NCBI RefSeq assembly: GCF_963506605.1 | Contig: NC_083278.1 | Coordinates: forward strand, 36,580,001-36,644,000 | Length of the DNA: 64,000 nt | From: Zootoca vivipara | Taxonomy: Eukaryota | Direction of reading: 5' to 3' | Shown here: in pieces, positions 1 through 12,500 of the stretch | How the letters are laid out: each line of letters opens with the position of its first letter | Numbering within the stretch: position 1 is the first letter of the stretch | The notes under the pieces: model-generated | Database searches by the model: none | What the model was told of the DNA's origin: nothing | Seen by the model: only the letters and a program-made list of their open reading frames with translations | Translations under genes and position numbers: made by a program

Positions 1-474
1 TTCTATACAAGATCTCAAAGCAGCTGTTTTATTACAGAAAAATTTCAGAAACAGACTGGAAAGGGAAGTTGCTGAATTGGAACTCATTACCAAGCTTAAG
101 ACCATGGAGCCACCTGGGATGAACAAAGACATAGGATTCTTATCTCATTATGCATGATCAAGCTTTCTTTAGCACCTCAGCCCTTGCTCCCCCCCCCCCC
201 CCGCAGGACCTATTGCAGTCATCAGCAGTCGTTAACAGCCATCAACAGGTTTACCACTCCTATCAGCCCATCTCCCATTCCCACCCACCCCCACCACCCT
301 CTGAATATACATAAGGGTCTGGCTCTTCTGTTTCAGTGTACTGTATCTGAAGAAGTGTGCATGCACACGAAAGCTCATACCAAAATAAAAACTTAGTTGG
401 TCTTTAAGGTGCTACTGAAGGAATTTTTTTATTTTGCTTCGACTCAGACCAACACGGCTACCTACCTGTAACTA
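1..474 (+). mobile_element. 3' end of a Penelope-like retroelement (GIY-YIG endonuclease C-terminus plus terminal region); continues off the window
   Basis: Frame 2..157 reads SIQDLKAAVLLQKNFRNRLEREVAELELITKLKTMEPPGMNKDIGFLSHYA*, with the R..E..I..L.T..P.G.N pattern of PLE GIY-YIG. It is followed by a hammerhead motif and the TTAGTTGGTCTTTAAGGTGC end. Confidence 0.85.
343..380 (+). ncRNA. Minimal type-I hammerhead ribozyme motif (Penelope-associated)
   Basis: GTAT-CTGAAGA-A-GTGTG(CATG)CACAC-GAAA-GCTC-ATAC: core boxes, stem I GTAT/ATAC, stem II 5 bp, palindromic AGCT stem III; predicted cleavage after C376. Confidence 0.75.
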
Positions 475-1602
475 TTAATATATATGTTTAAAAGATATTG
501 CCAGTCTAGGTGCTATTTAATTCTGTGCTTCAATTACAGTAACATCAACTAGTTATGTGCTTTTCTCTGATTAAGAATTCATGCTGAATACTAAAGCTCA
601 ATTACTTGTGAGGAAGTTCCAACATCATCATCTTCTCATGTGTTACACCTAAGACTCTGTTGTCCCTCTTTCTCCTGTTGTTTGCTTTCTCACACCCAGT
701 CTTTTTTGTTAGTTGGCAGGATTCACCTAACCAGCCTTCTCAATGGAAGTTCTCTGCAAGGATGTCTGCTTCCACAATGGAGCTTTCCCCCACTCTTCAG
801 ATCATGCACCCCTTCACCCTACCCCCCAAAATGGCTGAGAATAATGAGCACTCATCCGAAAAGTCACACAAGAAAGAGAAACATTAACTAGTCAAAAGTA
901 GTGGTCACAGCTGTCAATATTAATTTGAAATAGAAAGCACTATGTAATTTAGATAACCAGACAATTTCAAGAGAGTAGTTTATTTCTAATTCTAAAACTT
1001 TGGCTAAGTTCAGTACTGAGAGAGGAACAGCAGAGTCTTTACTCCAATGGTCAGCACAGTTTAACTTTTCACATACAATCAAAACCAACCTTAAGCATTT
1101 GGGTGGTGGTGATTATTATTTTTTAACTGCTGCCTCCCACCCATCTATTAGAGATTCTTTTTGTAGGTTTGGCAGGCTCTCTTCATTTATTCACCCTGAC
1201 CCTGTGAAGTCCTGCTGAGGAAGTTCTACCCTATGCTATTCCTAAAATCAAGCCAGGTGGCTTCTCCTTACACAATGTTCTCTGATGAAAATAATTACCA
1301 AGTAGGAAAAATATGTGTCTATTGCTTATACACCATCAAAGGTAGAAGTGTCATCCATATATTTATTTTGCCATGAGTACATGAAGAAGAAACACAATGT
1401 AAGTTAAAACACAGTTCATGTACAAGCATTGAAATGGTGCCCCTCACCGGCTCACCTACTTTTGGAACTCAAAAAGGATGTCCTACTCAAAACTAGCAAA
1501 CTTCCATGTAGGAACTTGTTGTGTAACTAGGAATCTTTGTCCACCAATTGCACAGCCCTAGACCTACTTGATCATCAACAAATATAAAACAAAAATGCTT
1601 AC

Positions 1603-1656
1603 CCTATCACCTGGCGGTCCCATTTGGCCAGGGGGACCAGGTAAGCCTGGAGATCC
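1603..1656 (-). CDS. COL12A1: COL12A1 exon ~58 (COL2 helix), 54 nt
   Basis: ctgtag|GGATCT...GATAGG|gtaag; [18 protein letters not shown]. Confidence 0.95.
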
Positions 1657-4600
1657 CTACAGAAGAAGAAAAATATTAATCAGAGAGAATTATTGAGTTA
1701 TGCAATACAAGACACACATTTGAGAGTACCAACAAGCATAGAGGCAGAGGTGATCTGGTTGACACAGTTGACTTGGACTATCAAAAAGCTTTTGACAAGG
1801 TACATCAGCAAAGACACCTGAGTAAGCCTAGCAGCCACAGAGTAAAAGGAGAGGTCCTATTCTGGAGCAGGAACAGGTTACGTAGAAAGAATCAGAGAGC
1901 AGGGATTAAGGAACAATTATCCAAATGAAGGGATGTGGATAGTGAGGCCTCTGAGCCTGAGATTCTTTTTGTGTGTGGTGGTGTCCAGATTTTCTGGGAC
2001 TTTGATGCCTTCTTTGTTTCCTTAAAACCTAGTCCCATTTCCCAGTACCAATTCACAACTGATACATGATGTGGATCTGCACTTGTGTGCTCTTGTTTTA
2101 TTATTTTGAAGTTCAATAGCATTTTGTCTCATCTGTTGAAGCGCAAGTGAAACTAAACAGAAACTTATGCATACCAGGCTACAAGTGAGAACTTAATTTA
2201 TGTTAGCACTTATGGGAAGTGTGCAGCATAAGTAGCATGACCATATTATTATTTTTTAAAAAAGCAAACTTACTGAGCGACCAGGTAGTCCTGGCTCTCC
2301 AGCATCACCTTTCATCCCTTGACGACCCTAGGAGGAAATACTGCAAGTTTTAGAAGGTGCCATTCATCATGCAAACTGGGCTGGGAAGACTTGGAGTGAT
2401 TCCCCCTTGAATCCCAGCCCCACAGTGTACAGCCCATCGCATTCACCAGACTGGGGGGCTTCTGGGGAAGACTGGACTGCTTCTTCCAGCCCCTTTGTCA
2501 TTCTTTCCTCTGGTTTACCTACACAGCTTGCAACACATGATTTAGTTTATCAGAATACAGTGACGTGATTAACTATCAGAAAATAGTTCAGAGAATGCCA
2601 GATAATTGCCTAACCTTTTGAAAGCAAAAGAATTTATCTGAAAAGACACAGCAATGTTCCTTCTAAATCACCACAATAGCATGGCTATTACCATATTTTT
2701 GTGTAATCTGCCAGTATTGCAATGCTTATAAATATGATGTCATGTGCTAAAGCACTTATTCCCAGTATTTTCTACTATATGTGATGAAGAATGTCAAAAC
2801 ACAATAGTTTAAGAGTATCCGAGAGCTCTAAATATGGTATGCAGGCTATCTTGCACTCTCCAAAAACTAGAATGCCTGTTTACTCACTGGTTCTCCTGTA
2901 ATGGAAAGTCCATTTGGCCCCTGTGGTCCTGGTGGTCCTTGAGGGCCTCTAGGTCCTACATCTCCATGAGCGCCAGGTGGCCCCTTAAAGTAGAAAAAGA
3001 GAGAAACCCATTTGCTAGCTAGCCTTTTATTCTTCCAAAGTGGTTATCTTAAAGAACATGCGTAAAAGATGGAGTCACATAATATGTTTTCACAAGGTGA
3101 CAGCATTTATAAAAGGGCTGTCTAGAAATCTGAGGGTTTCACTGTGTTTCGGCCCTCTGCCAAAACTTTTTTTAGTGCATTCAGAAACACTGGTAGCTAT
3201 CAGCTGAAGTAAAACTTTGCCTTGCTAGTGCACTTGTCACATTGTAGCAGCTTTATCAAAATATTATAAAGTTTAAAGGTATGAAAGATGATAAGCCACA
3301 AGTGTCGGCATTATTGCTTGGTGGCATTATTTGATACAAATATTGGTGCCTCCATTGTGATGTTGGCAAACACTGCCTCAGGTTCCTCCACAAAATTTAT
3401 ATGATGAACCAACCCCACATGACTTCCTGGAACAGGGAAGAACAATGCATGCAGCAGAACTGACATCCTTTCTTTTATATCTTCCTCACATGTGTACTAA
3501 TGATAGAAACTGAAGGTAATTGAAAGGAAGCAAAGTGAGATACAGATACAGTATTATAATTTCACATAAATGAGGTTGATTTCAGAGGGAAAACTGTCGC
3601 AGAGTGAATTCTCAATAAAATTACTTCTCCCTGGTGTGTGTGTCTATATGGTACAGATATTTGCAACCATGTTTCTTGCATTCACAGTATACTAAAATGT
3701 AGCGTATGATGTGGTCCTAATACATATAGAACTAAATACAGATACTTAAACTTGCACCTTTAAATACTTTGTTAAAAGTCTCTTTTTTAAAACCAAAGGG
3801 AGGATACAAAGCAGTTACAAAACAATCCTGTGTACGTCTGCTCAGGAGTAAGTCCCGCTGATTTCAATAGGACTTACATCCACGTAAGTGTGTATTTTAG
3901 GCAGATACTCACAGAGGGCCCAGTTAAGCCTCTTTCGCCTCTTGGTCCCTTAGCACCTGGGCCTCCCTAAAACAAAAACATGCAAATAATGAGTATAGAT
4001 AAATGGGCAGATAGACATGGAAGTCCAAAATCATATATGCATGCAAATATTACTTCTCGCAAGTAGCTGAATGGTGAAGCAGGAGGTTTTGTCTGGGCTC
4101 ATTCAATGCACAAATAGGGACTAACAAACTTTAGAACAACATATTGTGGGGCTGTGGGGTTCAAACTGCACACTACAAATCTATGATAAAAATACTAAAA
4201 ACAACAAAGAAAGCTACGAAGTCTAGCTGTGGTTTTTCATCAGACTTGGCAGTTATATTGTTGCCCAATGTACACACAGTGATTATTGCCAGTGCATCAA
4301 TACTGCTGTAAAGGTTTCAGTAACACTTTGTGGTACCTAGAAAAGCCAATTTTAGCTCCCAATAGTACAACCAGCATTGCTGCCATAGTCATGTGTACAG
4401 TTATTGTTGTAGGAATGTGTTGGGTAGTAACATCACCATGGTGACAAGAAGCACTCCTCCATTGCACAAAAACAAAAGAAAATCGACATGCACGAAAGCC
4501 CACTGCCTGGGCTGTTTTTAAACATTTGCTAATAATTTTTAATACAGTAAAGAAATTGTGAATATATACCTCTTCATGCTGCGCGTCTATTACCATATAA

Positions 4601-7600
4601 CTCTCTACAAATATAGTGTGGAAGGGTATCTGCTCCCACACAGTAATGTCTCACTATTTCAAGAGAAAGATCTTACTTTTAAAAATACACTTTTACTTTG
4701 AATTGGTGCGCACTTCCCCTTCTGCAGTACATTCAACAACAAATTTATCATTGTCCTTCCTTAAATTACCTCTTAGGAGTGAAATTAATCTGACCAGAAG
4801 TGTGATAATACAACCTTGTCAGTTTCACCACTTTGTTGTCTTGCTTGATAGCAGTAGAAGTCACTGCAGTTAGGAATAGAGGGAAACAGCTCCCCCCCCC
4901 CCCCGGCGACACTTCTACCCACCTCCCCCAATACTTTTATATAATTATCAACAACCAGGCCTCCTCATTTGGCTCACCAGCCCATTTTGGCCATATGCAG
5001 TGCTTCAGACTTGCCACCAATCCAAATGCAAGGTTTCTGAAGTGCCCATTGTCAGGAGGACTTCAAAGTGCCCTACAGGGCTTTTTTCAAGGGACCCATT
5101 TCCTTACTCCTGTGCTAGAGCATCAACAGCCAAAAGCTAATTCTGGTGCTGCAGCTAATTTGGCTCCCTATGCTAGCGTGAACAGAGAGATCATCATCAT
5201 TGATCTCTGCTTCCTGAAGTCATTGGAGTTCTGTGGATTCCAGTTTGTTAATCTGAGGTACTCTACAGAGTCACAGGTCTGGTAATCACAATGCAATAAT
5301 TTTGCTTACAGCAGGTCCTGGAGGTCCTGGAGGTCCCACACTGTCTTGTGTGCATGTGCAAGCGTTTGGTAACGATGGGCATTTCGCTTCATCCCGCTGA
5401 AAATTAAAGGACAAACACCTGTCATTTCCCTGGAAATTTTTTTTAAAAGGGTGATCACCAACAGAATGGTTTCAAATATGTTTTTTTATTGTCTGTAGCA
5501 TGTTTAAATTATATTTTTAAGGGCAGGCAGACAAAGAGAGAACTGAGACTCAAGGTTGCCTGGGAACCATGATGACTGGTGTGGAAGTCTTGCTGCTTAG
5601 TCCCAAATGCACATTGCTCATGGATGGAGCAAAATACTCAGCAGATGTTTTGCTACACTTTTTATGACTTCCTATATTCTAGGACTTATCCTTAGGACTA
5701 AAAACAGATTTAGATAAATGGATTTACCCATACACATAGTAATATGAATTAAAGAAATTCAGGTTGCTTATGTGTGCCATAAGGGGTTTCTCTAAAGGTG
5801 CATCCAGAGTAATAACTTCCATATAATCTGTGACTGATATGAGGAAAAATTCAATGCTGTCATCCTGCTTCTGAAACAGTTAATAATCCAACAGAAGTGT
5901 CTGAGAGCAGAAGAGAAGGATAAACAATATTCTCCAATCATTCTTTCTCCTAGAAGTCCCCTGTGCCACTTTCTGGAGTGTCCCCAAGCCTCTGTAACAG
6001 ATTTCCAGGGCAGCTTGGGTTTCAGAAGGAAGGTAGTGTCAGAAAACCATGTTGAAGAACAAAAAAAGAGGACACATTTGCCAACTTTTACTTTTAACTA
6101 TGGATTGCCATGACTCTACCAATGAAAAAGAGGATGTGTCCTGGAAAAAGAGAGCATATGTCTACTCAGAGCAGACACTGTTTGCACTCATTTGGGAAGA
6201 GGGATATTGAGTTTTCTTAAACAAATGAAAACTTTGGGGCAGAAGTCTAAAAGAAGTTGCAAGTCTCAAAATGGTACTGAAACAAACAAAAAACATGGAT
6301 AACTTTAATAAGACAGTGAACTGCCCAGCATATTTTAGTAGAAATAGTTCTTCGGGGCACAAGGGTTCAATTTGTTATTCTTGTAAGACATCTCTTTTTC
6401 ATCTTTTCTCCTCCCTCTGGGCAGAAGTCACAGAGTGTCCTCCACTTGACCATCGCTCAACCATTCTGCCTTCCTTATTTGAACTTTTCTTCCACCTTTA
6501 GCCCATTACAGATTAGTGCAAATTCACCCTTTTGAGTTTTGCCTGCTAATTTACAGTACACTAGCAGTAACTAAAACATGACTATTTCACCATCCCTTAG
6601 CCCAACTACCTCATTATTCCATCTCTAATTCGACTCACACATACACTCACTTAAAAAACCCCAACAGCATTTATGGGGATATGTATGAGTAGAATACGGA
6701 AAATTTAATGCTTATTTTAAAAATAAACCCTCAAATCTTGATATATGGGAAATATATCTGTAAAGGATAAAATTGGACTGAAATGTGGCCTGACTGTACC
6801 TAAGTTCAAAATAGTAGCATTTATAATACGGCTCTGGTAAAGTATCTGCATTCTTGCCCTCTGAGTCTCAGGATGATTCAGTCACAGAAGCAATTTGTCA
6901 TTCCCAACAGGGACCTTTCAAACATATTCTTCTGCATTGTCCTCTGTGTAGGACTGGCTCAGATTGTTGACATGAGGTTTTAAAATTTATATTTACCCTA
7001 GAAGGAATGTCACAGCATCTATCTCTGCTAGTCCAAACGGCATTACATACAAAGTCGAAACTTTGGATCTCTAGCTGTAAGGCAAAAACACAAATGTCTT
7101 CAATGTTACATCTGTAGGAAATTTCAAAAACATAGTCATGCATGGCAATATTATGCAAGATACATTTTTGCCATTCAGCCAAGGCAGTAAAAATGCTATT
7201 CAGCAATATCCCATTGATGGCTACAGCATCAGGCAACATTGAATAAATGGTAACTTAATTGCTTAGTTTGGATCACATACATTTTTAACAAAGCACACGT
7301 AAGATTTGTTTAATGCAATAAATGTCTTGCAGATTTATATATTAGTACATAAAAATAGCAGTGGGAGAAAGTTGTTCAAATAATAGAAATATTTTCCCAG
7401 CCAAAGACTATGTGACTCAAGCCCTTTCATGACTGAGTCATGCTACTGTTGACTCATATGTTGAGGCTACTAGATCAGAAGGCCAACTTCTATTCTATGA
7501 CAAATGTCATGGGAATATCTTGATTAAGCACACTGATGCATTGTGGGTGGTTTCGATGCGAGGCCAGCAAACTCTAACTTGTTCATTTACATTTATATTT

Positions 7601-9520
7601 TGGTCTGAGAATACTCCAGTCAACTTCTCAGAGCTACAGCTTTTGGTTCATATGGTAATTTTGACTGAAACTTACCATTTACACTGTAACAAGAAGCAAC
7701 CAAGTTCATCCATCTTGGACTGAACATTTGTCCTAAGTCAATATAAAAGGAACTGACTTCATGGCATAAAGTTGGCAGATGAGTAGTTTTTGTGATATGT
7801 GACAGTGTCTTGTGTGTAACCCAAAGAGCATTATTTGGTGAAGTAGGGTATCACTATGAAAACTCATGCCACAATATATTTGTTTTGAAGATGCCACTCA
7901 AGTCTTGATTGTCATTAAGTATACCCTAAACCCTGCTCCTGCCAACAAAAGCATGTCAAAGTGCAAGTAGACAAATAGGTACTGCTCCGGTAGGAAGGTA
8001 AACAGCGTTTCCGTGCACTGCTCTGGTTTTGCCAGAAGCGGCTTAGTCATGCTGGCCACACGACCCGGAAGCTGTACCTCGGCTCCCTCTGTAATAAAGT
8101 GAGATAAGCGCTGCAACCCCAGAGTGGTCCGCAACTGGACCTAATGGTCAGGGGTCCCTTTACCTTTTTAAACATTGTAATAAGACTCTTAATAAGGATT
8201 TCAAAATATATTTTGTATGTGCTTGGAACTGATAAAAGTAAAGGTTGTTACTTACTGTTGCTGTTTTCCTGTCACCTTTCTGTAGTTTACCCAGTATTTC
8301 ATAGCCATCAGTTGTGATATTTCCACCCTCTTTGATTGGTTTGTCCATTATTTCAAAGCAGTCAATGTAAATCTTAGCATTTGTGGGAGTTACAACAATA
8401 TGAACCTGTAGAAAAATTATTAGAAAAATAACTAAATGCATGTATGTTTTTTATACACCTTAGATTTGCTGTTTAAAGTTATAAACTGTTTTGAAGGTAT
8501 AGGGGCACTGATCTAGGCATGGGTCCTCCACATGCAAGGGCTTCTTTACTAAGAAAGGCAACAGCTCCATATACAAAGTTGCTCTTGGGACTTAAAAGTG
8601 GGTGCCCAAGTTGGTGAGCATTGGTCCAGGCACTAAGGTCTGGATCAAGGTATGTAATTATTTATACAAATGGTTGAGGTGGCTAAGACCAACTATGACC
8701 ATATGAGTAAAACATTCTCGCAAAATATAGATAGAAGAATTTAAGTGAGGGTGGGTTTTGTTTTCTTCTTGTCCCAGAACTTTATTTTTCCATTTTTCCT
8801 TTCCCCACAACAGTGGTTGTATTTGAACAAAATGGGCTCACGCGCTCTCCTCACCCCTCTCCTCCTCTGGCATGACCACAAGGAAATCAAAAGCTTCCAC
8901 TTCTGTTCTGAGATCAACAACAGTTTAGTGTGTTGTCCAAACCCCAGACTGCAGACTGCAGTTAAATTTAACTATGGCTAATAAAAATAAGACTAGCTCA
9001 TCAACTACTTCACCATGGTTTGAAGTCAGCATGTTTCCACTAACTATAGTTAATAATAATCAGTTGTCTAGATTTGAGCAACATGACAAAACGACAGGTA
9101 ATCAAAAGTGGACGGGAAGGCTTCCAGATTCCTTCTCACAGCAAAGGTGCAGAAGCTGGGAGAGCACACAGGCCTGGACAAAAGCTAAGCTCATTGTTGT
9201 AATGTTAAATATTTTTGTGGTCCCTAAAATATGGTTTAGCATTATTTCTGCAGCTGTCCAATGTCTTGGATTTAGCTACAGCCAGTAGAAGTTCAAATGC
9301 ACAAGAGTTCCAAACACCTTTCCCATTCATAGAAACTGGGTGAAATAGATGGGATGGGGTGGAGAGGATAAGGTTCCTCATTTTTACAATACTAGACTGA
9401 GAACTTGAAGCATTAGATTTACTTATTCATAATCTTTTGGGGGGGAAACTGTGCTACCACCACATACTAGCATTTCACAAAAGGTATACCAAGAGTTCCA
9501 TTTTGCATCTCTCTTATCCA

Positions 9521-9571
<51 letters not shown>

Positions 9572-12500
9572 CATACACACACACTAAACTTCTGCTAGCT
9601 GACATACTGTTTGCTAGTCTCCATACTCTAGCAGAGGCCTTGCTTGGATAAAAGGGATATGCTTCTGTTGGAATACCTATATAACAAAATATCATGGGGC
9701 AGTGCCAAAAGCTGAGTAATACATTTGGACCACAAATTCATGAGAAATGGAAATCCATTCCAGCGCTGTTCAGCTTTCAAATAGAAGTTTATTAAAGTTC
9801 CCTCCTCCAGTTGTTTGAAACCTCATCAAGGGTTTCCTGCTATTTTACCACTTCAAGATCTGGATCTGTATTTCGGTGCACAGTTTATTTGTCATTATAA
9901 CGTCATTTCTATAGCTGCATTAAGTTATGTTTAGCAGGAAGGAAAACTGTATATCATAGATGTTTATATTCATGATTTCTTAAACATTATTGACAATTTC
10001 TAATAAAAATTGAAACATCTGTTTATCCAGAATTAAATCCCATTACTTTAAATATTTGTTATTATATTATGTGGCACTAAATTGCTGCAAAAATGTCTGC
10101 AGATGCATCTAAATAGCTATCCATGATGTTATATCTATTGACCGCTCCCAACATCAAATGGGGGGTGCCTTTTCCGTGGTCGCATGCAGCTTCTGGCAGT
10201 ACAGCCTGGATTCCCCCCCCCCAGGCTGGACACCTGGAGGTGGCCACCTACCTCTGCCAGTTACCCAATCCCAGCTGGGAGGCATTGCCAGGAGAGAGTT
10301 GGCCAGGTAAGGGGAGGGATCAATCTAAAAGCTACCCATTATGTTATATCTATATACTTCCGTCCATGTATGTAGTCTGTTTATATAAAATATTTATAGC
10401 CTGCCCTTTATCAATGAAAGTGAGTATACGTTTCTTCTGCTGGAAAGCTAAGGCAAAGGCTGAGGGCCAACCTATGTATTAGAGACTAATTTCTTCTTCC
10501 ATATTTTTTAAGCAGCTGTGAGAAACTGAGGACTGGCTGAAGGGAGGAGCTACATGACCATTCCTGCCTCTGCTGTTCTGTGCAAAGTAACCCCATCCCA
10601 ATACTTTTCTCCTGGGAAGGGAATAGATATGAGGACCTTATATCTCTTCGCCTGGTGACGAGACAGTAGCTGCAGGGGGCAATTTTCAGCATGTAAAGAG
10701 CAGAAAGCAAAAGCATTTAGGAGCTCTTCCCTTCTCTCAGCCATCTGCTCCCAGTTCCAGCTTCCTGTGTCAGCTTTCTATTTTTTATTTTTTTTAAAGT
10801 GCTGCTAGGGAGAGCAATGGAACTTCTATCACATGTAGTTTGGTTCATAATGGTGAGGCAAAGGAATAAAAACCATATGGTTCTATAAGAGTTCTTTGAA
10901 ACTGTTTTAATTACTGTATTACTAAGCCAACACTTTCCCAAAGAGTCTTGCTGGATTCATCCACTATCACTACAGCAATGCTACTCAACATCCAAAGAAC
11001 TGTGCCAAAGCAAATTTTCCACAAGTAGCCAATATTAAGTTAGCTATTTTTCATCGAGTGAATGTAGAACTCATTGAATGAACACCACAAAAATGTTTCA
11101 TATTTTGGAAGGGTTCATTCCAATTTTTAAAAGTTTGGCATATTCTTAATATTGGATCTTTTTAAACTTCAAAATCACCATACAAAAATCTGTTGCAATT
11201 TTCTTCTCTTTTGCTGCAGCTGGGGAGGTCACTTATTTCATGTGCACACACAAACAAACATGGTAATTCACTGCATAATTATCCAAACTCCTGTGCTGAG
11301 TTGTGCTGCACATAATAAGCAGATGACAGAAAATATGGGGTGCTGGATGTTGTGAAGCGCCCTAAAATATATGGGTATAAACTTTGCTATACAAATCTTA
11401 ATTATCATCATTATCTATGCAGGAAGTGCAATTCTAGACCAGGTCTGAAGGTTCCTTCTCTTTAGCTTTGAAACATTCTTTCTAATGAATTACCCAATCT
11501 ACTGATGACAAACAATACAATCCCACTGAGAAATCATAGCAGGCCCATATTATAGTATTTTCCACCTTTTAGCTGCGATTCTGAACTCACTTGCGATCAA
11601 GCCCCATTGAACTGGACATATTCAATATGTTAACCAATCATAAATATTCAATCTACATTAACAGTATGCGCTCAAGAATATTTGCTTGAATTGACTTATA
11701 AATTATTATATTTATCTATATCTACTAACCAGCAACTACAGTATGGTTTTTGTTCTCAAGAAAATCACTTTTGTTCATAACAATTTGCACACAATTGTCA
11801 GCATTTACCTTGTGGAAACTTCCATAAAAGAGTTTCTTAACTTCATCACCTTCAAATGTTACTGTCTGAACCTCTCCTCTTGTGTCCTTGTTAAAGAATG
11901 ATAATACTTTGCTGGATGCTGGGGGAGAAGAAAACATTTTATTGACTATATGCATGGTTTATTAGTTACAGTTTTATAACAATCCATGCCCCCAGTAACA
12001 TATGCAGTCTGATTTGATTAAACTTGTCACAAGCAGCAAAGAATGTATTACTAGGGCCAAATCAGGAATGTTTATTATCCACTTGTCTCGGGTTTACTAA
12101 TAAAAAATAAACAGAAATAATACCAGATTCGGGGTCATTACACATAGTAAAGTACATTATTTGATGTCTTGGGGCCCAAATAAATATCAACCTATCATAA
12201 AACTTTAAATTGATAGGACACAATAAAGCTCACTGGCATAGAATGCAAGCCACTTACTGGAGCGCTTTGGGCAAGTATGCTTTGAGATAAGCCAAACACT
12301 GGGTTAAAACACCTGGTGCCAATGCTTGTTGCAGGTGGCTGAGAGATGAATGGCTTCTTGCAGTTCCCAACTTGCCAGTTTCCCTCCCTCAAAACTCAGA
12401 CACCACATAGAAGTAGCATGATTTATGGCAGTTTAGCTCTGAAGGAAGATTATTTCAGTATAAAGATGAAAGCAAAACTTCCTGGTATTTACTTATTCTT

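Noticed and set aside
4297-5285. Overlapping 85-150 aa ORFs here, and most other non-exonic ORFs in the track
   Set aside because: No recognisable domains or splice context; many start at alternative codons or are antisense shadows of exons and repeats.
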